Assembly: GCA_012295275.1 (NCBI GenBank)
Contig: CM022669.1
Coordinates: 12,834,001-12,898,000 of the forward strand
Length of the DNA stretch: 64,000 nt
Direction: 5' to 3'
DNA from: Chrysomallon squamiferum
Lineage: Eukaryota; Animalia; Mollusca
Shown: positions 13,861-27,430 of the stretch, piece after piece
Layout of the letters: each line of letters opens with the position of its first letter
Position numbering within the stretch: position 1 is the stretch's first letter
Program-made: the position numbers and the translations under genes
The notes under the pieces: generated by a model
The model's database searches: none
The model's input: only the letters and a program-made list of their open reading frames with translations
What the model was told of the DNA's origin: nothing

Positions 13861-13890
<30 letters not shown>
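13748..13890. repeat. (CT)n microsatellite
   Basis: Pure CT run of ~85 bp, then degenerate. Confidence 0.95.
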
Positions 13891-13892
<2 letters not shown>

Positions 13893-14769
13893 GTGTTATT
13901 GATTACATATTTCTTTAACTAATTTTCAGTTTATACCACTTTCTTTACATACTATCTTGTTCTCTGTCTATATACCTAAACGCCTATCCATCCATCCATT
14001 AAAGACAATATATATCATTATGCATAAGCATCTGTTTATCGTAATATCATTCTTTCTTTCTCACTTAATCTCTCTCTCTCTCTGTCTGTTTGTCTGTCTG
14101 TATGTCTGTATGTCCTGCCATCTCTCTCTTATCCTGACATATATCGCTCTGTATCTCAATCATTCTATTCTATATCGTTTCTTTCTCCTTTCTTGTCGCT
14201 TGTTTCATGTCTCCTTGGTAAGCCCTTCTGTTTGGAAACAAATATTTCACAATGAACATTCCTGCCATTTCTTTCCACTATTTTCTTTTCTATCTCTCTC
14301 TCTCTCTCCTTTTTTTCTTTTTAACTCTTTTGGCGAAAGCAAAAAAATCACTTTAAACCTATGTTTTTTTCAATGTTTTTTTTTTTCATATCCACTTTTT
14401 TCCTGTTTATTCCAAAGTCTGGTTCTACCAACCTAATTGAAGATAGGAAGTCTTGTCACCTCTTAACAGTCCTTGATATATCCTCGACAAATTCCGTTCC
14501 TCTTTTGAATTGCTGAGTAGTTCGGCTTCATCAGTGGAGTAGGTCAGTAGCTCCTTGGAGATAAGACTCTCGCAAAAAGTTTTATTGTCAGAAACAGAGG
14601 AAAACAATTCTCTAAAGTGTCACAGACAGACTCGCAAAATTAGATGACGACGCGCATCGACAGCAGCGGATTCGTTTTCTCGGCCAAGTAAAATAATTGC
14701 ATTCGAATTGAAATTGTAATGCGTGATGATTTCATAATGAATCTGCCTAAAATGTGAGACACTCACAAA

Positions 14770-14802
<33 letters not shown>

Positions 14803-14929
14803 AAATGAAAAAAGAAATGGTACTCTCGAATGAGGAAAAAAAAAAAAAAAAAAAAAAAAGGAAAGAAAAAAACGAAGATGAAAATATTTATATTCATGGG
14901 ACAGAATTGTTGTTGGTTAAGGAAAATTT

Positions 14930-14979
14930 ATATATATAGACAGACAGATAGATATGCAGATGGACAGATACATTGAGAG

Positions 14980-15023
<44 letters not shown>

Positions 15024-15180
15024 TACAGTATATACAGATAGATAGATAGATAGAAAGGCAGACAGACAGATAGATAGAAAGACAGACAGATAGATAGACA
15101 GACAGACAGAGATAGACAAACAGATAGATAGAGATAGATAGATGGATAGATAGATAGATAGATAGATGAATGGATGAATG
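14930..15180. repeat. (AT)n,(AC)n,(AGAT/AGAC)n compound microsatellite
   Basis: Directly visible. Confidence 0.95.
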
Positions 15181-17360
15181 AAGAGACAGCCACTGTTAGA
15201 GTAGAAATGAAATTGGTAGACAAACACATAAACACATACACAAACAAACACACACACACACTTTATATCATCCTAAATTTATCCTCTGTTTACATTACCA
15301 AGTCTGCCAAGTTACAGAACTCAGCAACAGTAACTGACGATGAAACACCGCAGACAGGACTGGGAATTGCTCGTGAAGTGGTGTTGAAAGCTTAACTTTT
15401 ACCTCTGTGTTATTCCGTCGTATTTCAGTCACCAACTGCTCGCTATAAACGCTTTTGCCTGCAGTTGTTCCGATAAGCGACGCACTGTTAAAAAAATCAT
15501 ACATCAGCGAATTCAGCCGAAAGGGCATTAAGTAAAGAATGGCTTTAGAGTATGCATTCATTCATTTCAGAAATTCCTGCTTGTGCGGGAAATTTTTTTT
15601 ATTTTTTTTTTCTGTTGTTTATTTTATTTTTTAAAGTTTTTATTTTTTGTTTTATTTTTTATTTTTTTATTTTTTTTTTTTTATTTTGTAAGAAAAGACT
15701 GAAGATTAAGGATGTTTTGTTAAATTATATGAGAGAGAGAAAAATAGAAAAAAAAAGATATGTAAAAAAATTAAGAAAAGAAAAAAATTTCAAATGAATT
15801 ATTTCAGAAAGACTGTCAAAAAGTGAAAAAGAATAAAAGTATATATATATATGTATATATGTATGGTTCTGTATGTGGATATCCATGTTTGTTCATTTAT
15901 ATGTGTATGTATCTGTGCATGTATGTGTATTTGTGTACATGTATCTATGTATATAATTATGTATATGTATATAGGTGTATAGGTGTATATATAGATGAAT
16001 ATGTATTCCTACATATATAATTTTATCATTGAATTAATGTGCCTATTTTTCTAAATTTGACTTTTTATCGGACGTCAGCAAACTATTATCTGTTTTAATC
16101 CAATTTTTTTATGGTATTAAAAAAAAAAAAAAAAAACCCATTAATTCCAGTTTTCTATATGTGAATACTGTGTTATTATTATTATTATTTTTTTTTTTTC
16201 AGTCCAGCAATAGTTTTTTATCCTTTTTTTTTTTTTTTTTTTTAGTAAACTTTACATTTGTCACTCTTCTTCTTCTTCTTCTCATCTAATTTTTCATTAT
16301 AATTAACTGCTTCATTTATTTCTTGACTGAAATGTGGATTCTCTCCAGGGATTCGCTCATTCTGTGATTTGTGGGATTCTCTTTCGAACGTTCCACACTT
16401 CAAGTTTGGTTGAAAAAAGTGCTAAGCGATGGAAATTTAATTTATATCCGTAAACGTAAATATATCACTGATCTCATCCAAATCTGCCGAATTAAAAGAC
16501 TTAACGCTAGAAAATAAATCAAAGTCGTGAATCGTAAGAGATCTTTTGATGTTGTTGCTTTCACTTGTTTTTTTCCTTTCAACGGTATTATTCTTATTGT
16601 TATTCTTTTGTTTTTCTTTTTGTTTTCTTTTCTTTTTTTTTAAGCGGTGGTTCTTTAAGTTTCAAATTTTGTTGTATTTGTAACGTGTTAGGCATGCATG
16701 ATTTTCCTTCAGTGTCTGAAGTGATTTATTCTTCATACAAAATTTTAAATTATTTGCAGAGAAGATAATAAATGCTGTCAAAAATGGAAATTCTTAATAC
16801 GAATTCAAATCATTCCTTTGCTAAATTTAATTTTAATTTTTTTTTTTTTTTTTTTGTTAATAAATGGTAGTGTTGTCTTCTTACATTCTTACGTTTTTTA
16901 AACTTTCTGTACCTAACGCTTGATATCCTTAACAAATCGAAGACTGAGCAAGTACACAGCAATCTTTTTGAAGATAGTTTAGAAGCAGTCTTAACATCGG
17001 CGTTCGAGAAAAAGAAAGAAGAAAAAATAATAAGAAGAAAAAAAGAACAAGATTTAGCAAGAAAGAAATTAGCATTGTAAAATGAAGTAGGATATCAGGG
17101 TGATACATCATTTTAAAGGAGTTAATATTAAACAGTAAAACGACGATGCTATCTATAGCATTATAACGTTATATTGTGTTTTCTGTGGTTTGCTACATTA
17201 GTTCCAATTTTATTTTTTTTTTCTAATTTTAATGCTGAAAGTTCACCACCAATGCTACTATTCTAATGAATATTATTGGTTCTAATAGTAAAAATATCAC
17301 TTTTTACTAGTATTACTACTATCACCATCAATTATTACCATTTCTACTACTACAACAACA

Positions 17361-17402
<42 letters not shown>

Positions 17403-19146
17403 GCCACTGCATTAAATTTATTTAATTTTATGATCGTGGGATTTTGGGAATTCGAAATCACCCCACGAAGACTGAATTTACATAAAGCGTCATGACAACC
17501 CAATCTAGTTGATGACAAACATAATTATTATCAATGATGCTGATGAGGTCGTTGTTGTTTTTTTTTGTTTTAATTTCTGCACTCGTAGTTCAGGTCACAC
17601 ACAAACAAATGTGTCTAACTTATTCAAACCAGAACGACGGCATCAACATCGGTGAGCTAATTACATCAGTTAGTGCAGAGACAATTTTTTTAAAGCCGTA
17701 GTCGTAAATTGGCTCTTTCAAAAGATGAGTCTTGCTCAGAGGAACCTGCAGTTTCAACGTCTCCGAAAATTGCTCCTTTTGTCTTTCTTCGACATCATCT
17801 TAGTTTCAAATTCTCCCAATTATCAGCCAATTTTTACATCATGGCTATTAACACGGAAAACGCTAATACAAACAATACAACTGGATTCCGTCGTGACCTC
17901 GTCATTTCTGAAGACGTTTTGACTTGTATTCCTGCCGTGTTACTCGGGGGACGCGGAGGTAATGTGATTTTTCAGTTAGCCAGTATTACAGAAGACGGTT
18001 TTGTTCTCGCCACGCTTTGCCGTGTAATTGAACTGCCGTGATGGTTAGGAGAAGGTTTATCCTTCCAACAAAATAATTTGATTTGTATCTCAAGGTTGAC
18101 GAGAGAAAAATAGATCAGTGGAAATCTTCTTTAGTGTGAGTAAAAAGAAGAAGAAAAAGAAGAAGAAAAATATCCGTAGGAAAAAAAAATCCAGTAAGTC
18201 AGCGGTTTTTGTGATATTAAGAAATAGCTTTATTTCTTAACCACGGTGTTTTTTACTTAAAGAAAATATTCAGCTGTCCAGACAAAAAAAAAAAAAAAAA
18301 AAATACAAGAAAGATTACATAATTTCCGCTCTTACACGTTCAAAATTGAGCAAAAGATCAAAGGCTTTTTTTAGCTTTGAGGGGAAAAAATCTGTTAAAA
18401 AACGTGATAATTTAAATTTGAAAATTCAATTTTAATTAAACTTCAAAACGGCACTACATTTTAATCAAGATAAAAATTTTAATTTCTCGGTATATTTTGA
18501 CGTATAATCCATAACAGATGTGTGAAATATTTTATCTTTACTTCACATTCTATCATTTTATGTCTGACATTAATGTTTAAGGCGAAACTTTCTGGCATTA
18601 AATAATGTTTCTGTTTACGAATTTTGGAACATTTCGATGTAAATATTAAATATATCTTACTGCTAACCACATTTATTTTTTTCTTTCCGAATTAAAGTAG
18701 ATTTTTCAAAGTGTAATTCATAATTAAATGAAGCCAGCAATTACATTTGACAAACATAGTTTAAACTGTATACATTATAATTTTAACCTGTTATGAAGGT
18801 TTATAATGGCAATCGTTCTATGCTTGCCATTCCTCTGTCACCCTCAGATTCCTGGCCTTAAAAAGAGAATAATAAATACCTAATTGTCATACATAGCTTA
18901 TCAGTGAAGCTCATTCTTTATTTTATCAACTGAGTTTCGAGCGCATCTGTCAAGGACAATCATTAGGTTTGAGGAAAACGTGACAGTTCGTTACCTTTGC
19001 ATTTGTTTGTCGTGACAGTTGCAGAACGCAGGTTAGGTATTTGACGACAATTGAGGTTTTTAAAGAGAAATGGTTCAAGAAATCGCAAGTTATTTACATC
19101 ACGTTATTCGCGCTAACGTAAAATATGTTGAACAACATAACTTTGA

Positions 19147-19330
19147 GAAGAAGAAGAAAAGAAGAAGAAGAAGACGAAGGAGAAGAAGACAAAGAAGAAG
19201 AAGAAGAAAAAAGAAGAAGAAGAAGAAGAAGAAGAAGAAGAAGAAGAAAAAGAAGAAGAAGAAGAAGAAAAGAAGAAGAAGAAGAAGGAAAAGAAGAAGA
19301 AATAGGAAAAACAAGAAGAAAAAGAAGAAT
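19147..19330. repeat. (GAA)n polypurine tract
   Basis: Directly visible; source of the poly-K/R/E and poly-F/L ORFs. Confidence 0.95.
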
Positions 19331-19419
19331 GAAGAAAAAAAAAATCAGAAAGAAGAATTCATGGCTTCAAACTGAGTCAAGAAAAGCAAGCAAGGGATCA
19401 CGGAATCTTACTTTCTGAA

Positions 19420-19860
19420 AACATTCGGGCGAAGCTACATCGAATCCGGCGCTTGTCAAAGCGTTATCTACACGAAAGTATTGGTTTGAGGTATTGGGCC
19501 GCGCGCGGACAAGCGGGGTCATTTCGAGAGACAGACAGCGAGGAATTGACTCAGTGATTGAAGAAAGATTAATTGGCAGCCACCGATATCAGATGTAGGT
19601 GATGAAAAACCCCGCCGCCTTCGTCGACAGCTTGATGTGGTGGCCGGTCGGACTGAACCGCCTAAACCACGACAGCGTCCTTTAATTATCTCTTAACAGC
19701 TTCTGATTTCCACCGATTTGTATGCCCACGAAGCGACCGCAACACCACTTTGATTTACGTGTCTACGCCAACAGCGTCGTGATTGCAAACCATTTCTTTC
19801 CAACGGTGTCGACCTTCGTACGAAAAAGCAACTGGGTAATTCAGCTGAAGCGAAAATTTG
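19420..19860. promoter_or_regulatory. CpG-rich island, candidate promoter/enhancer
   Basis: Appears to be the most GC/CpG-rich stretch in the window. ATTGG at 19480, 19493 and 19572; TGACTCA at 19547; CCCCGCCGCC at 19610. No long ORF. Confidence 0.45.
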
Positions 19861-19942
19861 TGAACCTCTTTCACTGATCGGTTTTAAATCTAGTGGAGTG
19901 GGTTGATAATTGAAGCGCTGTAACTGTAAGAGAGAAAGGTGG

Positions 19943-19976
19943 GATGATAATGATAAAGATGCTGATGATGATGATG

Positions 19977-20033
<57 letters not shown>

Positions 20034-20170
20034 GTTATAATAATAATAAAAAGAAGAAGGAATAGAAGAGAAGGAAAAAGAAAAGAAAAAAAAAAAGAAA
20101 GAAAGAAATTAAGAAAACAAGCAAACAAAAAAGCAAACAAACAAACAAATAAACGTACATATAAATAAAT
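19943..20170. repeat. (GAT)n/(AAT)n and A-rich low-complexity tract
   Basis: Directly visible. Confidence 0.9.
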
Positions 20171-22499
20171 AAACATAGCCAAATATTCCCGGTATTTGTT
20201 AACTAGGATACCATGCTTGAATGAGAAAACAAAATTCATTAAAGAAAAAAATAAAAAAAATAAAAATGTAACCCGGGAATTCTCTTAAAAATAATTAAAT
20301 AAAACAAACAAACAAAAAATATCTGCTAAACAATATACATAAATAAATAAATAACAAGTAATAAAAAATATACGATTTAAAACAACACAAAGCGCATGAC
20401 GATAATGGGTGTAAATTTATCATCGATCTTTCCGTGTTAGCGAACAGAACCTTAAAACATTTCCGCTCGATTTGAAACATACCAGAGGTGTTTAGCAATT
20501 GATAAACTGCCGCAGTTTTATAGGACACAGCGAGATTTTGTCATAAACTAAATAATTAATTTTGCGACAGACTGAATAATTAACAGATCCTGGGACTGTC
20601 TGGCGTCTGGGCGCGTGGTTTCTCTCACGTGTGATATACCAAGCATACATTTCACTTTTATGTTGGACGTTTTATCAAATATGCGACGTTTATTATTCAT
20701 TAGTTTTAGAAATCAATGGAATGACCGAAGTTGTTACTAGAGCAGATACAAACAGCATCGTTAATCGTCGTGAAAATAAAATAAGAAAAAAAAAAGAAAA
20801 AAAAAAAGAGAAAGAATATATGAATGAATGAGAGAAAACAAAACAAACCAAAACAGGTGTTAAATAAACGAAATATTAACGTAAAATTTTGACTTAATTA
20901 ATGAAATAGTTAAATGAACTCAAGATATAAAAACAAGAGAGAGAAATACACATTCTCCTACGTATACAAACACAGACATAATAGAGACAGAAACGCGTAC
21001 ACCGAGATATGAAAACAAATACGTTGCTTTCTCTTCACTACGCTATATAATTTGTATTACATTTGTTAAGCTAAACAAATATGTACTATATTGACGTGAA
21101 ACCTATAAGAAATAAAAAACAAAATCATATAAACTAGAATACAGATGATATTTTAGTAACGATAAAAACGAAATAACAAAAAAACAAAAAACAAAACAAA
21201 AAAAAACCTCCCTATTGTTCTTTACTTCGCTTACAGTTTCAAACTTCTTCTTCTTCTGAAACACATTAACATATCCAGGCTTCGTATTACTGCTAAGATA
21301 TGTTATTTTATATCTTGTACTCAGAAAGGGAGGTGCCGCAATAATACGGATCCCCACTAACGTGTTTCTCCACAGGACGCGTTTATCAGAGGAGAAAAAA
21401 AAAAAAAAAAAAAACGAGGGGAAAAAGAAGAAAAAAAAAACATCAACGTCAATTATAGATATGTCGGGTAATCGGGGCATACTGCACCAGCTTGTTTAGA
21501 TACGAAACGATACCAGAGATAAGAACACCTTCTCCTTCTATCACAAGCCATCTCGCTTTGACTGAGATCCTGCCGAATCGGCTGGTGTTTAAAGCAACAC
21601 GAGATATCCATCTGATGCTGCAATAAAACAACAAGAAACAACTGCTGGTGCCATTCACACTGCGCCTGCAGTCGTGCAGATTACCCTGAAACAATACGGT
21701 CGTTTCCGATTCGGGTGCAAGAAGAAGCGGTTTTGTAAAAAGATACTCGCCCGTGTATTATTTATCCGTTTATTTCTAAATCACCCTCGTAATTAGGAAA
21801 AAAGGCTATAAAAGAAAACAGCTCCGGGCTTATTCTGAAGGAAAAGCTTTAAAGCGTATCCGTTGTAGTACAAAGAAGAAAAAAAAAAGTTCTTTTGAAC
21901 TCGATACCTTCTCTCATTCTTCTTTTCTCGTTTTTATCTTTTTTTTTTTTTTTTTGGAAATTGTTTTTGGAAGAAAAGTATAAATGTTTATCAGTTTTTT
22001 ACGCTAGTTTGAAAATAAACAAACAAAGAAAACATAGAAATTCAGAAGGTAATCAGGTTCTGGTTATCTCTAAAGACATATCCAAACAGCCAATATAAAC
22101 AATATTTTTTAATGCACTGTTTCGTGTTTTTTTTTTTTTTTTTTTTTTTTGTTGTTCTTTTTTGGTTTTTACTGAATATCTAGGTTTCTGCACTGAAATA
22201 TTTAGAACACATACAGTATGGGTGAAGGTAAAAATGTATACGGAATTATCTAAATCAGAAAATCTGGGTTTTAGCGTAGATGAAAAAAAAGTTTATCCGG
22301 CTTATAATTATAACAAATAAACTGAAATAATAAAACACTACATCAATTAAAATCAGTTTACATATTGACCATTATACATATATCAACGTATTTTAAAAAA
22401 AAAAAAAAAAAAAAAGAGACTTGATTAACTTTCAAAAATAATGTTTACGTTAAAGATATAGACACGGATAAACAAATTCTCATGTTTTTTTACCTTTTT

Positions 22500-22681
22500 A
22501 CTTACAAAGTGGTTAAAGCGCTTGGTATGGAATGGAAAATCGGCGGTCCAATCCATGGCAATGCTTTATCTGTTCAATTTCCCGTTCTATCCAGTTCCCT
22601 AACATTTAGTGTATCAAAAAGGAATGGCGTACGGTTTCCTGTGTGTGGGAAAGTGCATGTTAATAGTAAAATATAAAAGAT
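22500..22681 (+). mobile_element. Degenerate tRNA-derived SINE, probably MetaSINE-like
   Basis: A-box-like AGTGGTTAAAGCGCTTG (22508-22524) and decayed B-box GGTCCAATCC (22545-22554). The segment gtatcaaaaaggaatggcgtacggtttcctgtgtgtgggaaagtgcat...atataaaagat resembles, from recall, the Meta-domain core of molluscan SINEs. It is followed by (AAT)n. Confidence 0.6.
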
Positions 22682-22683
22682 AA

Positions 22684-22686
<3 letters not shown>

Positions 22687-22740
<54 letters not shown>

Positions 22741-22810
22741 CAACAACAATAATAATAATAATAAATAAATAAATAAATAAAATAAAATAAAACTATAATA
22801 TAATAAAATA
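22687..22810. repeat. (AAT)n/(AAAT)n tract directly downstream of the SINE
   Basis: Directly visible. Confidence 0.95.
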
Positions 22811-24285
22811 AAGAAGAAGAACATTAGACAACACTTAATTTCCTACATACATACAATTTTACAGTCATGTATCTGTCTATAATTACATAGCCGTAGATTT
22901 GAAATACGCTCAGTGCATCATCGTTAAATAAAACTTCTCTCGCTTCGTTCAGACAGGTGATGTATTAAGCCGTAACTAATGCAAACAGTTTCAGTCTATA
23001 CATTACCTACATGCCATGCTACGCACAGGTTCTTCTCCTCTTTCTTTCTTTTTTTTTTTTTTTTTTTTTTTTCAAAGACAGATGATGATCGGTATCTCCA
23101 GCTTTTGTCTTCATCAGTTGAGTTGCAGCAGATAAATAGATTTACGTCAAAGCCTGAGGATCGTGTAAAGAGAGATAAATTGAAGCTTCTGGCGTTTGGA
23201 ATTCGTATCTGCTTCTGTCGTTTGGCTAATAGTTTCTACAGATTTGCCATTGCGCTGACGGTCCTTAATTTATTTCCATTGCAGACGCAATTCTTTGATT
23301 ACAAAAATCGGATATTCTGTCACCGCCAGAGGACACGAAGATAATGATAGAATTTTTGTAATTCAAAAATACTGTCTGCGCTTTATGGTGTTACCACTTG
23401 TATGTCATTGAGATATTTCCGGAAAAAGATGTTTGTTGTCGGTTTCGAAAATGATATACTTTGCAGATACCTAATATTTATAAGCAAATAAATAAGTAAA
23501 CATACAAATAAATAAATAAATAAATAAATATCATGTATTATTGTTGAATGTGTAAGTGACAGAATAAAATAAAAGAAGGATAAAGCAAAAAGCAAAAACA
23601 GAACGAAAAAAAAAAAGGAAGGTCAGAGATAGAGGCAGATATATAAAGTGAGTTAGACAGTCGGACAAATAAACACATATTAATTTGTATTAATAAAAAT
23701 AACATAACTGCAAATGAAGAACATGCTTCTACAATAAACCTCCATTCACATATTAAAAGGGTTAATCTTAAAATGAAGAATTCGATTAAAATAAAAGGTC
23801 TAACTTCACCAGAGTCTGAAATTATTCTAAACACGACTGGAATAATTCTCTAGACAATAAATCTTGTGTGAGACAGCCCTGATGTAAAGATGCGTTGCCC
23901 TAAAATAGGATTATCAGATAGAAAGCGCTCGTTATTTAAATGGAAAGAGCAAATTTCTAATGAAACAGAAAACTGGTATCAAACGTAATGAAATTAATCG
24001 CGTTTTTAACGCTATTCGGATAAACTTTGCGTCTCGTGGTTGTCTTTATTATTTTAAACGGTTGATAATTAATACTAAACAAACAGATATGAATATACAG
24101 TGTGTTATTTTCTGTTCTGTCTGTGTCTGCCTTTCTTGTTTCATTCTGTCCTCTAAAACTCGTCTGCGTATTTTTACCTCTGTATATGTTAAATTGTATA
24201 TTCAGTTATGATCTCTACATTTTACGTATCATAATCTTACTTTCTTCTGATCTACAAATGACAAACTATACTCTGTAATCGATAT

Positions 24286-24497
24286 ACTACTATTACTACC
24301 ACTTTCACTTCTACTACTACTACAACTACTACTACTACTGCTATTGCTACTGCTACTGCTACTACTACTAATCATAATAATACTACTACCACCACCACTA
24401 GTAGTAATATTGCAGCTGCTACTGCTGCTGTTATTACTATTACTACCACCACTACTACTACTGCTACTACCATTACTACTACTACTACTACTACTAC

Positions 24498-24544
<47 letters not shown>

Positions 24545-24545
24545 T
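24286..24545. repeat. (CTA/CTG)n followed by (AAT)n
   Basis: Directly visible; poly-L/I ORF. Confidence 0.95.
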
Positions 24546-24904
24546 TGATTCAGCAGTGAATTACAAAATGATAGAACAGTACAGGCATTCTATTCAATAG
24601 CACCAACGTTTACATATGCCTACTTGTACATATATGTATAATAATTTGATTCATTTTATTTATTCTGTGTCTGAGTGCATTGTGTTCTGTTAACTTCTTA
24701 TTTCATGAAGTATCTGATCTTTCGTGTCCCAACAAACTCAGTTAGGCTGCGCACCGAGTCACCGAGAGTTTCCCGCTGAAAAGAAAATCTTTGTTGAAGA
24801 CAGAAGTGTTGATACGATTGTCTGTTGGAATCTTTGTTTTACATCTCCAGGAACTCTCAATAAATACCAGCCTTGAATAGGAATCAGGAATTCCTACAGA
24901 TATT

Positions 24905-25090
24905 TAGATTCTCCGGCGGCCAGGATCGAAGAGCGAATAAAACAGTTATTTCAGCACAGAGTACACCAGTGCTTTATTTTGATACGCTTAAAATTGTTCC
25001 ATGGATGGCGCCGATATCGAGACAAGTGCCGGCGGCGAGGAAATGAACGAACCGATACCAGTCAATTCGAAAATGGCGGCGTAGACGATA
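24905..25090. promoter_or_regulatory. CpG-rich island with consensus YY1/Pho site
   Basis: AAAATGGCGGC at 25070-25080, a second ATGGCG at 25005, and CCGGCGGC twice. Confidence 0.4.
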
Positions 25091-25607
25091 AAAATAAAAA
25101 CAAACGAAATTATTTTAGACAGTTCCTTTTCAAACCTGTTCTCCAAGGAGACAGAGAGAAATAAGAAAAAAATAATAATAATAAAATTAATACAAAATCT
25201 CTTGTCGTTGTACTCAAATAATCAGAAAACTGCAAATATTTTGTACAGGTCATTAAAGAAGAAAAATAGTGAAAGAGACTCAAGGTTGCTTTAAAACATC
25301 ACAACCTCCATAATGACGCCAAAATTACAGGCATCGCTGAGTTCTGTTTTAAATTTATTTTATTTCAAGACAAAATGACGACCCCAGCTTCAAAAATGTC
25401 ATGAGGTATTAAACTTAGAAATAAATTAAATTAAATTCTTAACAGAGCTGTGGAGGTCTGTGCAATATGTTATTCTCTTCATGTATCGTTACGATTAGTA
25501 TTATTAATATTATTTATAAAAACAACAACAACAACAACTAATAATAGTAATAATAATACAGCTATTATTACTACTATTATAGCAACAATAACAACAATAA
25601 CTACAAT

Positions 25608-25640
<33 letters not shown>

Positions 25641-27309
25641 AATTACTATTATTATTATTATTACAACTGCTACTTCTACATCAGCTGCTAAAGCTACTAT
25701 TACTACTATAAATTTTACCGCTATTATTAGTAGAAAATTCATGATCGTCATCATCAATTTCATCATCATTAATATTATTTATTTCTAATTTTCGCCAAAT
25801 CAGACTGGTTATAACATCCAGATCTCTGATTATCCAACAACAACACTTTGCAGCATAACTGAAAAACGACAGACAACTGTAAAACTCGACTTAAAACATC
25901 TATGCTGTTATTCTATGACACAATGGAGAAATAACCAACATTTATTCATAGATATCACAAAGATTTTTTTTTTTTTGGTCCAAACATTGTCTAAGCTTAT
26001 CCACACATTTACGTACAGTCAAGTCAAACCACTACTGGAACAGAGTGAGAAATTCTGCTTCAGCTCTGTGTTCTACGAATTTTTTTTTTTTTTTTTTTTT
26101 CAGTGGCGTACGAGACAGACAAAAGCTGCGAAAATGACATCCACCTGGGAGCAATTGAAACTAAGTGTGGAATCCGGCTGGGAGTAATTGAAACTATTAT
26201 TTTTCCAGAATGATGACTCTAATAACATATAAACTGATACTTGTTGGATATAAGTGTTATGGTAATTATTGCAGAGATGGTCCCAAACAGTGTTAGTTGA
26301 ATTAGAATTAGAATACAAAGAGACTGGTTTCGATTCTGCGTTCGTTTTGGAAGTAACTGTATTAATTCAGTATTCTGTGATTTAATAAGATTAGAATTAG
26401 AATTAATAATAAAGTTAGAATGGCTTTAGAGCTTAATTTAAAAATAAGATTACACTACTGTTGAATAAAATGTTAATAATAATAAATAAATTAGAAGAAA
26501 CCCAAAAACAACAACAACAGTAAAAAATAAGAATAACAAAAACAAAAACAACAATAACAATAAGAAAACGACTTCAGCAACAACCATAACAACAACAACA
26601 ACAACAACAACACCTATAATAATAATAATAATGGTACTATTTACACATATCTGGATCTGTAGTTTAAGAGTAACAAACTCTTTCATCAAAATTTAGACGC
26701 ATAACTCAGGTAATGAAATTCAATATCGCGTTAGCTGGTATGTGGCGAATTTCAGGACAAACGACATGCTGGTTTGATCCTTTGTAAACAGTTTCATCAG
26801 GAAGTGCAAAGAGAGAAGGCCAAATTACCTCTGCCTGCGAATTAATGAAGGAAGATCAAAGGTTTGTTGGAAGACAAGAATTGGATTAATTTTGTCCAAG
26901 TCCTCTAAGTATCATCAAAATACAAATCGTAGAGGTTAGAGACAAGATGACTTCATCGCCTTGATTTAGACCAGCTGTCCCGAGTTTTGGTAACGATTAA
27001 GGTTAATTATGATTGTAAAGGAGAAAAATATGTGAACGAGATAATAGTATACGGAGCTTAAAAAGAATCAAAAATGAGAGCGGTATCGTATTATGAAGCT
27101 CAGTAATGAAAGAATATTTAGCACGACGAAAGTAGCAGACTGTTAGGTGAAAATTAGCACAAAAAGAAAAATATGACCAAAAAATATTTTGATATTTTTA
27201 TTTTATTTTATTAATAAACGATGGTGGTGATGTTGATGATGATGATGATTATGGTGATGAAGAGGACGATGGTATCAAATTCTAATAAAAATATAGCATT
27301 GTTATTGCT

Positions 27310-27430
27310 TTATTTATTTATTTATTTATTTGTTTGTTTGTTTGTTTGTTTATTTATTTAATTATTTATTTGTTTGTTTGTTTGTTTGTTTGTTTGTTTG
27401 TTTGTTTGTTTGTTTGTTTATTTATTTATT
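27310..27430. repeat. (TTTA)n/(TTTG)n microsatellite
   Basis: Directly visible. Confidence 0.95.

Noticed and set aside
17709-18041. 110 aa non-repetitive plus-strand ORF
   Set aside because: TTG start, no recognisable domain, no convincing splice sites, and compatible with chance.
19070-19418. Protamine-like Arg/Lys-rich ORF
   Set aside because: It is simply the (GAA)n tract read in different frames.
21617-21630. Exact 14-mer GCTGCAATAAAACA shared with 59485-59498 (and similar 13-15 nt matches elsewhere)
   Set aside because: Many matches of this length are expected by chance in 64 kb of AT-rich DNA, and flanking homology does not extend.
25249-25320. TCACAACCTCC at 25299 resembling the miR-67/miR-307 5' end, with AGGTTG upstream
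   Set aside because: Only 6 bp pair near the loop, the putative mature 5' end falls in the loop, and there is no continuous precursor stem.
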